This document shows positions 9,161-18,654 of a stretch of 64,000 bases of DNA, piece by piece. The notes beneath the pieces are model-generated. The model ran no database searches. It worked only from the letters and a program-made list of their open reading frames with translations, and was not told the origin of the DNA. Source of the DNA: an uncultured delta proteobacterium (GTDB lineage: Bacteria > Myxococcota > Myxococcia > Myxococcales > Anaeromyxobacteraceae). The stretch lies in contig CAWFDF010000012.1 of NCBI GenBank assembly GCA_963814585.1, forward strand, positions 384,001 through 448,000, written 5' to 3'. Each line of letters begins with the position of its first letter. Positions within the stretch are counted from its first letter, which is position 1. The position numbers and the translations under genes are program-made.

Positions 9161-10786
9161 ACGACCTGGCCGCGCCGATCGCCCCTCGCCTGAGCGTGGT
9201 CATCGCCACCTTCAACCGGCTCCCCCTGCTCGGCCGCCTCCTGGACCAGCTGGCCGATCAGTCCCTGGCCGGGGAGGCCTACGAGGTGGTGGTGGTCGAC
9301 GACGGCTCGCGCGAGCCGGTGGCCCCGGCCCTGGCCGGCCGCACCTTCCCCTTCGCGCTGCGGGTCGAGACCCAGGCCAACGCCGGGGCCGCCGCGGCGC
9401 GCCACCGCGGCATCCTGGCCGCGGCGGCGGGCCTGCTGGTCCTCGTCGACGACGACATGCAGGTCCCGCGCGACTTCCTGGAGCGTCACCTGGAGGCCCA
9501 CCCGGAGGGGAGCCGCTGCGCGGTGCTCGGCGCCATCCACCCGCCACCCGACGTCGGCCGCATGCCCATCTTCGAGCGCTGGCACCAGCGCATGCTCGAG
9601 GACCTCGCCACCCGCAGCCGGTCCGGCGTCCGCCCGCGCGGCAACGAGGTCTACACCGGCAACCTCTCGCTGTCGCGCGACGACTACCTGGCGGTGGGGG
9701 GCTTCGACCCCTCACTGGGCCACTCCGAGGACGCCGAGCTGGGGCTGCGGCTGGAGAAGGCCGGCATCCGCATCGACTTCAGCGACGAGGCCTCCACCAT
9801 CAACGGCTCCGACCACGCCAGCCTGGCGCGGTGGCGGCGGCGCTCCGAGCTCTACGGGATCTTCGACTCCCGCATCGCGCGCAAGCACCCCGAGGTGCTC
9901 CATGCCAGCCCCTGGCGCTTCTGGCCCAGGCTGCAGCGCATCTCCCGGCCGCTCCTGCTCGGCACCGCGCTGGTGCCGCCGGTCTCGCGGCTGGTGGCGG
10001 CCCTGGTGGCCGGCGTCTCGATGGCCTGCGCCGGGCTCGGCCTGGAGCGGCTGGCCCTGGCCGGCACCACGCTGGCCTACGGCATCGACTACTACCGGGG
10101 CGTGCGCCTCGAGGCCGGGTCGGCGCGCGCCTTCCTGTCGGAGCGCCGCGCCGCCTTCCTGGCCATGCCGGCCGCCCCGGTCCAGCCTGGGCGCTGGCGG
10201 CGCTTCCGCGAGGACCTGCGCGCCGACCAGGCCATCATCCGCCACTACGAGTCGCGCTATGGCCACCACGCCGGCTCGACCGGGCGATGGCTCGTCGACG
10301 TCATCACCAAGATCGGCCTGCAGGAGATGGCCGCCGTCCGCTGGATGCGGCTGGTGCGGGACCTCCGCGTCCCGCTCGGGGCCAAGCTGACCTCCCGGCT
10401 GGTCCGCCACCTCTACGGCTCGGACATCCACTGGGACGCCGAGTTCGCCCCGGGGGTGGTGCTGGTCCACGGCTTCGGGCTGGCCATCAGCCACGCCGCC
10501 CGCATCGGGCCAGGCTGCATCCTCTTCCAGAACGTCTGCCTGGGGATGGGGATCTCTCCCGCCACCCGGGAGACCGGCGCCCCGCGCCTCGAGGCCAACG
10601 TCCACGTCGGGCCAGGCGCCACGCTCCTCGGGCCCATCACCGTCGGCGAGGGCTCCAGAGATCATGGCCGGCGTCACGCTCACCTTCTCGGTGCCCCCCG
10701 GGTCGGTGGTCGAGGCGCCGACCCCGGCGGTGCGCGGCCGCACCCGCGCGGCGCCCCCGGCGGCGAGCGGAGATCCGGCGCCGTGA
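9157..10786 (+). CDS. GT2 glycosyltransferase fused to serine O-acetyltransferase-like (CysE/EpsC) domain; 1-nt insertion near 10657
   Basis: GT2 motifs LSVVIATFNR, VVVDDGS, LVDDDM, GGFD..LGHSEDAELGLR; then HLYGSDIHWDAEFAPGVVLVHGFG...VHVGPGATLLGPITVGEGS. The +1 frame continues IMAGVTLTFSVPPGSVV to a TGA at 10786 that overlaps the next GTG. Confidence 0.8.
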
Positions 10787-11610
10787 GCGAGACAGGCCCT
10801 GGCGCCCAGCCGCGGGGCGACGCGGCGGCAGGCCCCGACCGCCTCGTCATCGGCGACGTCCCGATCGATCCCGTCACCTTCGAGGGGGCGCTCGCCGCCA
10901 TCGAGGCGCTGGTGAAGGGTGGCCGGGGCGGATCGGTCTTCACCCCCAACGTCGACCACGTGGTGATGGCCGACCGTCACCCCGAGTTCCGCGCCGCCTA
11001 TGCCGCCTGCAGCCTCTCGCTGGTGGACGGCATGCCGGTGCTGTGGGGCTCGCGGGTGCTGGGCCGGCCGCTGCCGGAGAAGGTCTCCGGCTCCGACCTG
11101 GTGGTCCCGCTCTGCGAGCGGGCGGCGGCCCGGGGCTGGCGCGTCTACCTGCTGGGCGGCGCCCCGACCGCGGCTCGCCTGGCGGCCGCCGAGTTCGAGC
11201 GGCTCGGCCTCCAGGTGGTCGGGATCGACGACGGCCGCATCGACCTCTCGCCGGCCGGGGTCGCGGCGGCGAGCCAGGCCGCCCAGCGGGTCCGCGCCAG
11301 CGGCGCCCAGCTCCTGCTGGTGGCCCTCGGCGCTCCCAAGCAGGAGCTCTTCATCCACCGGCACCGGGCCGACCTCGGCCCGGTGGTGGCGGTCGGGGTG
11401 GGGGCCAGCCTCGACTTCGTGGCCGGCCTGGTGCGGCGCGCCCCGGCCTGGATCTCCCGGACCGGGCTGGAGTGGCTCTACCGGCTGGCGCAGGAGCCGC
11501 GGCGCCTGGCGCGGCGGTACCTGGTCGAGGACCCGCGCTTCCTCCTCATCCTCTGGCGGACCTGGCGGTCCCGGGGGCGTCCGCGCCCGCCCGGACCTCC
11601 CACGGCGTGA
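10783..11610 (+). CDS. WecG/TagA/CpsF family glycosyltransferase (GT26, EpsA-like)
   Basis: FTPNVDH, DGMPVLW, EKVSGSDL, VALGAPKQE, RRAPAWISRTGLEWLYRLAQEPRRLARRY. Confidence 0.92.
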   Translation: MSETGPGAQPRGDAAAGPDRLVIGDVPIDPVTFEGALAAIEALVKGGRGGSVFTPNVDHVVMADRHPEFRAAYAACSLSLVDGMPVLWGSRVLGRPLPEKVSGSDLVVPLCERAAARGWRVYLLGGAPTAARLAAAEFERLGLQVVGIDDGRIDLSPAGVAAASQAAQRVRASGAQLLLVALGAPKQELFIHRHRADLGPVVAVGVGASLDFVAGLVRRAPAWISRTGLEWLYRLAQEPRRLARRYLVEDPRFLLILWRTWRSRGRPRPPGPPTA

Positions 11611-11644
11611 GGGCCCGGGCGGCGCCGGCTGCCGGGCGCGGCGC

Positions 11645-13092
11645 TCAGTGCGCCCCGCGCGACCGGAGCACCGCCGGGATGGTCTGGGCGACGATGCTGA
11701 CGTCGCGCCACAGTGACCAGTTGTCGATGTAGGCCAGGTCGAGCGCCATCCACTGCTCGAAGTCGATGTCGTTCCGGCCGCTCACCTGCCAGGTGCAGGT
11801 GATGCCCGGCCTGACGCTGAGGCGTCGCCGCTGCCACCGCTTGTACTGCGCCACCTCGGCCGGCACCGGTGGGCGAGGCCCCACCACGCTCATCTCGCCG
11901 ACCAGGGCGTTCCAGAACTGCGGCAGCTCGTCGATCGAGGTGCGGCGGATGAAGCGGCCCACCTTGGTGATGCGCGGGTCGTTGGTCATCTTGAAGACCG
12001 GGCCGCTCATCTCGTTGAAGGCCCGCAGCGACTCGAGGCGCTTCTCGGCGTCGGCGAACATGCTGCGGAACTTGAGCATGTCGAAGGAGCGGCCGTTCTG
12101 CCCGACGCGCCGCTGCCGGAAGAAGACCGGCCCCGGCGAGTCGAGGCGGATGGCGATGGCGGTCGCCGCCAGGACGGGCGACAGCACCACCAGGGCCGTG
12201 AAGCTCACCACCACGTCGAAGACCCGCTTGAGCGCCAGGCCGAAGGCGTTGGTGGGGGTCCTGGTCAGCGCCAGCGTCGGGAGGCCGCCGACGTCCTCGA
12301 CCGACATGCTGGCCGGCCCGCTGTAGAGCATGTCGAGGCCGATGCGGACGCCGACCCCGAGATCCTCGCAGGTGGCGATGGCGTCCTCCAGGTCGTTCAT
12401 CCGGTCGCGCGTCACGGTGAAGACCACCTCGTCGACGACGTGCTCCTTGAGGATGGTCTCGAGCTCGGAGACCCGCCCCAGCACCTTCCCGGTGCTGGGC
12501 GCCAGGGCCAGCTCGTCCATGAGGATGTGCCCGGCGAAGCAGTAGCCCCACTGCGGGTGCTCGGCGAAGCGCTCCACCATCTGATCCGAGAGCGTGCCGG
12601 TGCCGACCACGGCGTAGACGTGGCCATTGTAGCCGCGGCGGCGGGCGGCCCGGGCGCTGTAGCGCAGGACGGTCCGGCTGATGACCATCGCCGCGACGGC
12701 CAGGACCATGTAGAGGACCAGGAAGAGACGCGACACGTCCTGCTGCTGCTTGGCGAGGAAGCCCAGCGCGGTGATGCCGATCCCGGTCGAGATCCCGGCG
12801 CGCAGCAGGCGGCCCAGCTCCGAGCCGAGCGGCCGCAGCCGGTAGACGTCGTAGACCTCGAACAGCCAGGAGGCCAGCAGCCAGGTGAGCAGCGTGGCCG
12901 TGGCCAGGGTGGCGTAGCGCTCCACCGGGTACGGGCCACCGTAGCTGTGGAGGAAGACGTCCCGGAGCCTGAGGGCCACGGGCAAGGCGACCACGAAGGC
13001 CGCCAGGTCAAGATCCGGATCCCGGTGTCGACCAGCCGGGCGTGCTCCTTGAGCCTGGAGTGACACGGCCTCGCCGGCGTGAACTTCATCAT
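11645..13092 (-). CDS. Polyprenyl-phosphate hexose-1-phosphate transferase (WcaJ/WbaP/EpsZ-like); frameshift near 13010
   Basis: KRVFDVV, PVFFRQRRVG, LKFRSM, DPRITKVGRFIRRTSIDELPQFWN, GEMSVVGPRP, RPGITCTWQVSGRN. The N-terminus LKEHARLVDTGIRI joins LDLAAF only after a 1-nt shift; start tentative. Confidence 0.9.
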
Positions 13093-13182
13093 GGTGCTGC
13101 CCCCCTGCAACCGACCGATTCGACTGCGGCCGCCGCCCCCCTGGCGACGGCCTCCTTCAACTCGAGCTGACCTCGCCCGCGC

Positions 13183-14379
13183 TCATGGCACGGGCTCCCT
13201 CGGCGTTCGTTCCCAGACCAGGCCTGGCGATGGCGCCGTCGTGGCGCGCAGCCGCCAGACCAGGTAGACGGGCGCCCAGGCCAGGCTCCCCACCCCCCGC
13301 AGGCCCAGCCCGGAGGCGACGCACCCCCGCACCACGTACAGGCCGAGCGCCGCCAGGCTGGCCCACCAGGGCCAGGCGCCGGCCGGCACGGCGCCGGTCA
13401 CCAGCGTCCAGGCCAGGGCCAGCGACGAGCCCAGCGTCGCCACCGCCACCAGCCTGGAGAGCGGAGGCACCAGCAGGTCGATCGCCAGGTCGAGGAGCAC
13501 GGCGTCACGGCGCACCAGGCCGCCGCGGAGCAGCGGCCCGGCGAAGCGGCGAGCCATGGCCGCCCGCCCGCCCTCCCAGCGCCGGCGCTGCGTGGCGCTG
13601 GCCCGGGACCCGGTGGGCATCTCTCCGACCGCCGTGGCCTCGTCGACGTAGTGGACGCGGTGACCGGCCAGGCCGAGCCGGATGCCGTACTCGAGATCCT
13701 CCACGACCGAGAAGGCGTGGTGCGGAACCTGCCGCAGCAGCCTGGTCGAGAAGCACATCCCGTTGCCGCGAAGGCCGGCCGAGAGGCCGAGCCGCTCGCG
13801 ACCCAGGGAGCGCACGTCGTGGAAGAGCGAGAGGGCCAGGGCCATCAGCCGGGTCCGCCAGGAGGCCTCCGGGTTGCGGACGCCGTAGCGGGCCTGCAGC
13901 GCGGTGGCGCCGGCCTCGAGGCGGGCGGCGAAGGCCTGCAGCAGGTTGGGGGAGACGACGGTGTCGGCGTCGACCACGACCACCGCGTCGGCACGGCCGT
14001 CGGCCAGGCACCGCTCGAAGGCGTGGGCGAGCGCATAGCCCTTGCCCCGGAGGGTCGCGTCCCGACGCTCCAGCACGGTGGCGCCGGCGGCTCGCGCCCG
14101 CGCCGCGGTGTCGTCGCTGCAGTTGTCGGCCACCACCACCACGCGCCGCTGGGCGGCGGGCCAGTCGACCTGCAGGAGGCTGCCGACGGTGGCGGCGATC
14201 CCGGCCGCCTCGTCATGCGCGGGGACCACCAGATCGAAGCGCAGCGCCGTGACGCCGTGGCGCGGCGCCGGTGGCCGGCGCGACAGCAGCGCCAGGAGTC
14301 CCAGGTAGCCGGCCGCGAGCAGCACGGGGATGGCCGTCACCAGGAGCGCCAGGCTTGCGATGTCAGTGGGCGAGATCAT
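13183..14379 (-). CDS. Membrane-anchored GT2 glycosyltransferase
   Basis: VVPAHDE, VADNCSDDT, GKGYAL, VVDADT, VEDLEY, QRRRW. Confidence 0.9.
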   Translation of the reverse strand: MISPTDIASLALLVTAIPVLLAAGYLGLLALLSRRPPAPRHGVTALRFDLVVPAHDEAAGIAATVGSLLQVDWPAAQRRVVVVADNCSDDTAARARAAGATVLERRDATLRGKGYALAHAFERCLADGRADAVVVVDADTVVSPNLLQAFAARLEAGATALQARYGVRNPEASWRTRLMALALSLFHDVRSLGRERLGLSAGLRGNGMCFSTRLLRQVPHHAFSVVEDLEYGIRLGLAGHRVHYVDEATAVGEMPTGSRASATQRRRWEGGRAAMARRFAGPLLRGGLVRRDAVLLDLAIDLLVPPLSRLVAVATLGSSLALAWTLVTGAVPAGAWPWWASLAALGLYVVRGCVASGLGLRGVGSLAWAPVYLVWRLRATTAPSPGLVWERTPREPVP

Positions 14380-14650
14380 TCACTTTCCGTACACGTCAGC
14401 GGAAGTGAGAGTACCGGACACACGGACTCTCCAACAGTCACGTGAACACGGGGACCCATGACGGGGTGTGCACGAGCGCTTGCGGCACGTTGCCCCGGTG
14501 GCCCGACGCGCAAGCCGGCGGCGGGCCGGCCGCGGCCCGGAAGGCGGCCACGGCCCGGGCCGTGTCCCCCGTTCATGCGACGGATGTCGGCGTGCGCCAT
14601 GCGGTTCAAGGACCGCCGGGGCGGAGCTCTGTGACGCGGACCGTTGGGGC

Positions 14651-16186
14651 CTACCCGCCTGCTCCACCCGCGGCGCGCCCGCGCAGCGCCCCGCGCATGA
14701 AGGCCACGGTCTCGCCGACGTTCACCGCGCCGGTGGCCAGCGCCAGCACCACGTAGCAGGCGGCGTCGAGCGCCAGGCGCCACGAGCCGAGGGGCGCGGC
14801 CAGGACGTGGACCCCGACCGTGGCCAGGGCCACCAGCGCCGTCCGGGCGATGCGTCCCAGGCTGCCCTGGTCGAAGAGCCGGCGTCCCACCAGGCCCAGC
14901 ATCCAGGCGGTGACCACCGTCTCGCTGGTGAGGATCGCCACCGCGCAGGCCACGCTGCCGGCGCCGGGGCGATCGAGGGCCCGCATGATGGGGCCGAGGA
15001 AGGCCAGGTTGAAGGCGGCGTCGATGCTGATCCCCATCAAGGTGAGCCTGGTCACGGCCCAGGCCCGCCCCTGCACGTTGAGCACGTAGGCGCAGAGGAT
15101 GTTGACGTAGGTGATGAGCAGGGTCGGCGCGATGATGGCCAGGCCGGCGGCGGCCGGCACGTAGGCCTGGCCGAAGAGGACGCGGATCGAGAGGTCGGCC
15201 CCGAGGGCGATGGCGAGCGAGACCGGCGTGGCCAGGGTCAGCACCAGCACCAGCGAGCGTCGGGCCAGGTCGTCGAGCTCCTCGGTCGAGCGGGCGCCGG
15301 CGCGCGCCAGGAGCGGCAGCAGCACCGAGCCGAGCAGCGGCATGGCCAGCAGCGCCAGCCCGCCGATGGTGTTGGCGGCGCCGTAGTACCCGACCTCGAC
15401 GCGATTGGCGGCCACCGCCAGGAAGCTCACGTCGAGCTTGCTGAAGATGGTCAGCAGCACGGTGTTGCCGAGGAAGGGGAGGCTCTGGAGGAGCGTGTAC
15501 CGCACCGCCGGCCAGTCGAGGCGCAGGCGCACCCCGAGGTGCCGGCGGACCAGCGACCAGAGGACCGCCAGCCGGGCCGCCTCGGTGACGGCCAGCGGCA
15601 CCACGAAGGCCCACACCTCGGCCTTCATCACCATGGCGACGAAGAGGCCGCCGGCCCACGCCACCTTGGAGGCGACGTTGAGGATCGACAGGGCGTCGAC
15701 CTTGCTGACCGACTGGAGCAGCCCCGCCAGCGACGTGTTGTTGGCGGTGATGAGCTGGGCGGCCGCGAAGATCCAGACCAGCACCTGCACCGACGCCGGG
15801 CGCCCGGTGACGTGCAGGATGACGGCCATGACCGGCACCATGACGGCGGCCAGGCCCAGCCTCACCAGCATCACCCCGCCGAGGAAGTCGGAGGCGTGGG
15901 CAGGCCGGACCGAGACCTCGCGGTAGATGTACGGCTCGATGCCCAGGGTCAGGCCGACGAAGAACGTGGCCGAGAAGGCGTCGGCGAAGTTGAAGTCGCC
16001 GAAGTTGGCCGGGCCGAGGTGGCGCGGCAGGAACAGCCGCACCCCGAGGGCGATGCCCCAGGTGAGGAGCAGCGAGACGCTGAGCTTGAGGGCGTTGCGG
16101 ACCGCCACCGCCCGATCCGTCCTGGCATCGCGAAGCAGCGTCCCACCCGGAGAGACCGGACCAGGATTGGCCGGTCCCTCGCTCAT
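14651..16186 (-). CDS. wzx: Wzx flippase
   Basis: Multi-pass membrane protein, LPRHLGPANFG, VGYYGAA; EPS context. Confidence 0.85.
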   Translation of the reverse strand: MSEGPANPGPVSPGGTLLRDARTDRAVAVRNALKLSVSLLLTWGIALGVRLFLPRHLGPANFGDFNFADAFSATFFVGLTLGIEPYIYREVSVRPAHASDFLGGVMLVRLGLAAVMVPVMAVILHVTGRPASVQVLVWIFAAAQLITANNTSLAGLLQSVSKVDALSILNVASKVAWAGGLFVAMVMKAEVWAFVVPLAVTEAARLAVLWSLVRRHLGVRLRLDWPAVRYTLLQSLPFLGNTVLLTIFSKLDVSFLAVAANRVEVGYYGAANTIGGLALLAMPLLGSVLLPLLARAGARSTEELDDLARRSLVLVLTLATPVSLAIALGADLSIRVLFGQAYVPAAAGLAIIAPTLLITYVNILCAYVLNVQGRAWAVTRLTLMGISIDAAFNLAFLGPIMRALDRPGAGSVACAVAILTSETVVTAWMLGLVGRRLFDQGSLGRIARTALVALATVGVHVLAAPLGSWRLALDAACYVVLALATGAVNVGETVAFMRGALRGRAAGGAGG

Positions 16187-18249
16187 GTCGGCGCGGCCGC
16201 CAGGGGGCGCTCGTCGCTGCCCGGGGCGCCACTCGAGGCGATCTCGGAGGCGGCGCTCCGGACGGCGCTCGGGGCGTCCTCGGCCGCAGCGACCAGGGGC
16301 GCATTCGAGGCGGCGCTCGGGACGACCACGGCAGCAGCGACCGGGGCGGCCCCGGCGGAAACGCTCGGCATCGGGCTCGCGGAGGCGCCCGGGGCGTCCC
16401 CGGCCGCAGCGACCAGGGGCGCATTCGAGGCGGCGCTCGGGACGGCCACGGCAGCAGCGCCCGGGGCGGCGTCGGCCGCGACGCTCGGCGCCGGGCTCGC
16501 AGCGGCGCCCGGGGCGGCCTCGGCGGCAACCGTCGGCGCCGGGCTCGCGGAGGTGCGAGGGGCAGCCTCGGCGGCGACGACCGGCAGCGCGCTCGCGGCG
16601 GCTCCGGCGACAGCCCCAGGGACCACTCGCCTGCCGATGCGAGCCAGCCAGGCCGGCGTGCTGAACGCATCCAGCAGCGCCGGGCGCCAGTCGACCAGGG
16701 CCGTGGCGCCGAACGCCATGAGCACGCCGAGGAACAGGCCGGAGAACAGGGTGAGCGGGATGTTGGGCTGGATGGGGCGCTTGGGGACCTCGGCGGGCCT
16801 CACCACGCTGTACCGATACTTGAAGGCGGCCCGCGCGGTGTCGAGCTCGATGCGGGCGGACTCGATTCGATCGATGACGGCCTCGTACTTCTGGACGGCG
16901 TAGTTGACCCGCATGCGCAGGGTCTCGGCGTCGTCGGTGTCCCCGGGGCGCGGCCGGGAGCTGAACTCACGCTGCAGGACCGGCGCCGCGGCGGGCGCCA
17001 GGGCGGCGGCCACGGCCTCGTGCCGCTCCTCCGCGGCCCCGGCACCGGCCAGGATGGCCACCTGCGCCACCAGCTCCTGCTCCTCGCGGCGCAGCTGCGC
17101 CAGCTGCGGGGAGTCGCGCGACAGCGAGTCCATGCTCTCGCGGGTGGCCTGGATGGCCGGGTGGGCAGCGGTGTAGGTGGACTTGAGCTCGGCGAGCTGG
17201 GCCTGGAGCTCGCCCAGCCGGCGCTGGCGAAAGGTCTCCAGGTCGGCCACGGCGCGCCGCTTGCCTGCCAGCAGCAGCCGCAGGTTGGTCAGATTGGTCG
17301 ACTCCTTGCCCGGCACCGCTCTGAACGCGGTCTGCTGGGCCGGCGCGGGGCCGCGCGACTCCCGGGCCGCCCGCAGGGCCAGCGACTCCGCCTTGACCCG
17401 CGCCTGAACCTCGGCGGCGTGTCCCTCGAGGATGGAGATGGCCTCGGCGATGGTCGAGACCTCGAGGGCGTGGCGCGTCTCCAGGAAGTCCTGCTGGGCC
17501 GTGGAGACCAGCAGGTGGGCGGTCGCGGCGTCCTGCCAGTCGACCTGGATGGTGATGATGCCGTCGTCGGTCGTGACCTTGAGCCTCTTCTCGAGGAGCA
17601 GGACCAGGGCCTCGACGAGGGCGTCCTCGTCGGCCGGCCCGGAGAACACCGAGGTCACCGCGTCCTTGACGCGCAGCACGAACGGCCGGGACTCCGCCCA
17701 CCGCTTCACCAGGTTGGTCTGCTTGACCAGCGCGATCAGGCTCTCGCGCCGCATGATGGTGGTGGCGGCGCCCTTGGTGGGCGCGTCGGCATCCAGGGGA
17801 ATGGCCCGCCCCGGATTGTTGAGCGCCGGCATGACCAGGTTCCGGGAGGCCATGATGCGCGAGTCGGTCCGGTAGGTCCGCGGCAGCAAGGCCACCGCCA
17901 TGATCGCCAGCACCAGGCAGGTCGCGAAGGTCGCTCCGGCCAGGCGAGGGTGGCGCCGGGGAGCGCCCCAGATGAAGACCGCCCTGCGCCTGATCGCCTC
18001 CCAGTCGAAGAGATCGGGGCTTCCGTGATCGACCGGCCCGGGGCCGGGCGCTGGCCTGGTGCTGGGCTCGGGGCCGGGGGCGAGCTCCTGGCTGGAGCTG
18101 GTGGAGCCCGACCTGGCGTTCGACCTGGAGTTCGTCCTGGGGCCTGGCCCGGGGCCAGGGCTCGGACCAGGGTCTCCCTCCAGGGATGCCTGGACTCCTG
18201 CACCCACGCCAGCGGCCTTGGGCTTCGCTCGCCTCTGCTTGTGTGACAC
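16183..18249 (-). CDS. Polysaccharide co-polymerase (Wzz/Wzc/EpsV-like) without kinase domain, with Ala/Pro-rich tail
   Basis: TM followed by LLPRTYRTDSRI, coiled coil, YTAAHPAI, YSVVRPAEVPKRPIQP and a second TM; no Walker A seen. GTG at 18249 follows an AAGGGGGAG RBS. Confidence 0.8.
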   Translation of the reverse strand: MSHKQRRAKPKAAGVGAGVQASLEGDPGPSPGPGPGPRTNSRSNARSGSTSSSQELAPGPEPSTRPAPGPGPVDHGSPDLFDWEAIRRRAVFIWGAPRRHPRLAGATFATCLVLAIMAVALLPRTYRTDSRIMASRNLVMPALNNPGRAIPLDADAPTKGAATTIMRRESLIALVKQTNLVKRWAESRPFVLRVKDAVTSVFSGPADEDALVEALVLLLEKRLKVTTDDGIITIQVDWQDAATAHLLVSTAQQDFLETRHALEVSTIAEAISILEGHAAEVQARVKAESLALRAARESRGPAPAQQTAFRAVPGKESTNLTNLRLLLAGKRRAVADLETFRQRRLGELQAQLAELKSTYTAAHPAIQATRESMDSLSRDSPQLAQLRREEQELVAQVAILAGAGAAEERHEAVAAALAPAAAPVLQREFSSRPRPGDTDDAETLRMRVNYAVQKYEAVIDRIESARIELDTARAAFKYRYSVVRPAEVPKRPIQPNIPLTLFSGLFLGVLMAFGATALVDWRPALLDAFSTPAWLARIGRRVVPGAVAGAAASALPVVAAEAAPRTSASPAPTVAAEAAPGAAASPAPSVAADAAPGAAAVAVPSAASNAPLVAAAGDAPGASASPMPSVSAGAAPVAAAVVVPSAASNAPLVAAAEDAPSAVRSAASEIASSGAPGSDERPLAAAPT
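16262..16600. repeat. Degenerate in-frame tandem repeat (120-bp period with 60-bp sub-period) in the co-polymerase tail
   Basis: ggggcgtcc(t/c)cggccgcagcgaccaggggcgcattcgaggcggcgctcgggacg occurs at 16271 and 16391. Confidence 0.85.
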
Positions 18250-18654
18250 CCGCTCCCCCTTCGACGACAGCTCCGGCAACTCCGTGCCGGACAAGATAGG
18301 CCACCCCGGGGCAGCCGCCAACACCCACGGTTCGGCGACGGGCGAACGGGGGTGCCCTGCCCGGCACGGTCACGACTCCCGGCAATACTCGCGGCAGCGC
18401 AATCCCTCGGGAAGCCACGCCATTCCCGGTCTTCGAAGGGGACGAGGCGCCCATCCGGGTACCGGCGACGGCAGCGTGTCGCTTCACCTCATGGAGTATG
18501 GAGATGCTGTAACATTCCGTGACTCAACGCTCGCCCGCGCGGAGCGGGCCTCGCCGGGGGGCGCCGTGGCCGAGAGCAGCCGCATGATCAGAAGCCTGAG
18601 GTCCGGCACCGGACGGATCGGGAACGACCCCGGTGGGCCCTGGGGTGCCCCCAG

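Noticed and set aside
8269..11610. Apparent triple GT2-CysE-WecG fusion (1113 aa)
   Set aside because: One extra base near 10657 explains it; the corrected frame stops at 10786, overlapping the WecG GTG (GTGA).
14549..14564. Palindrome CACGGCCCGGGCCGTG between wzx and the GT2 gene
   Set aside because: Almost all G/C, so plausible by chance at this composition; no U-tract or second copy seen.
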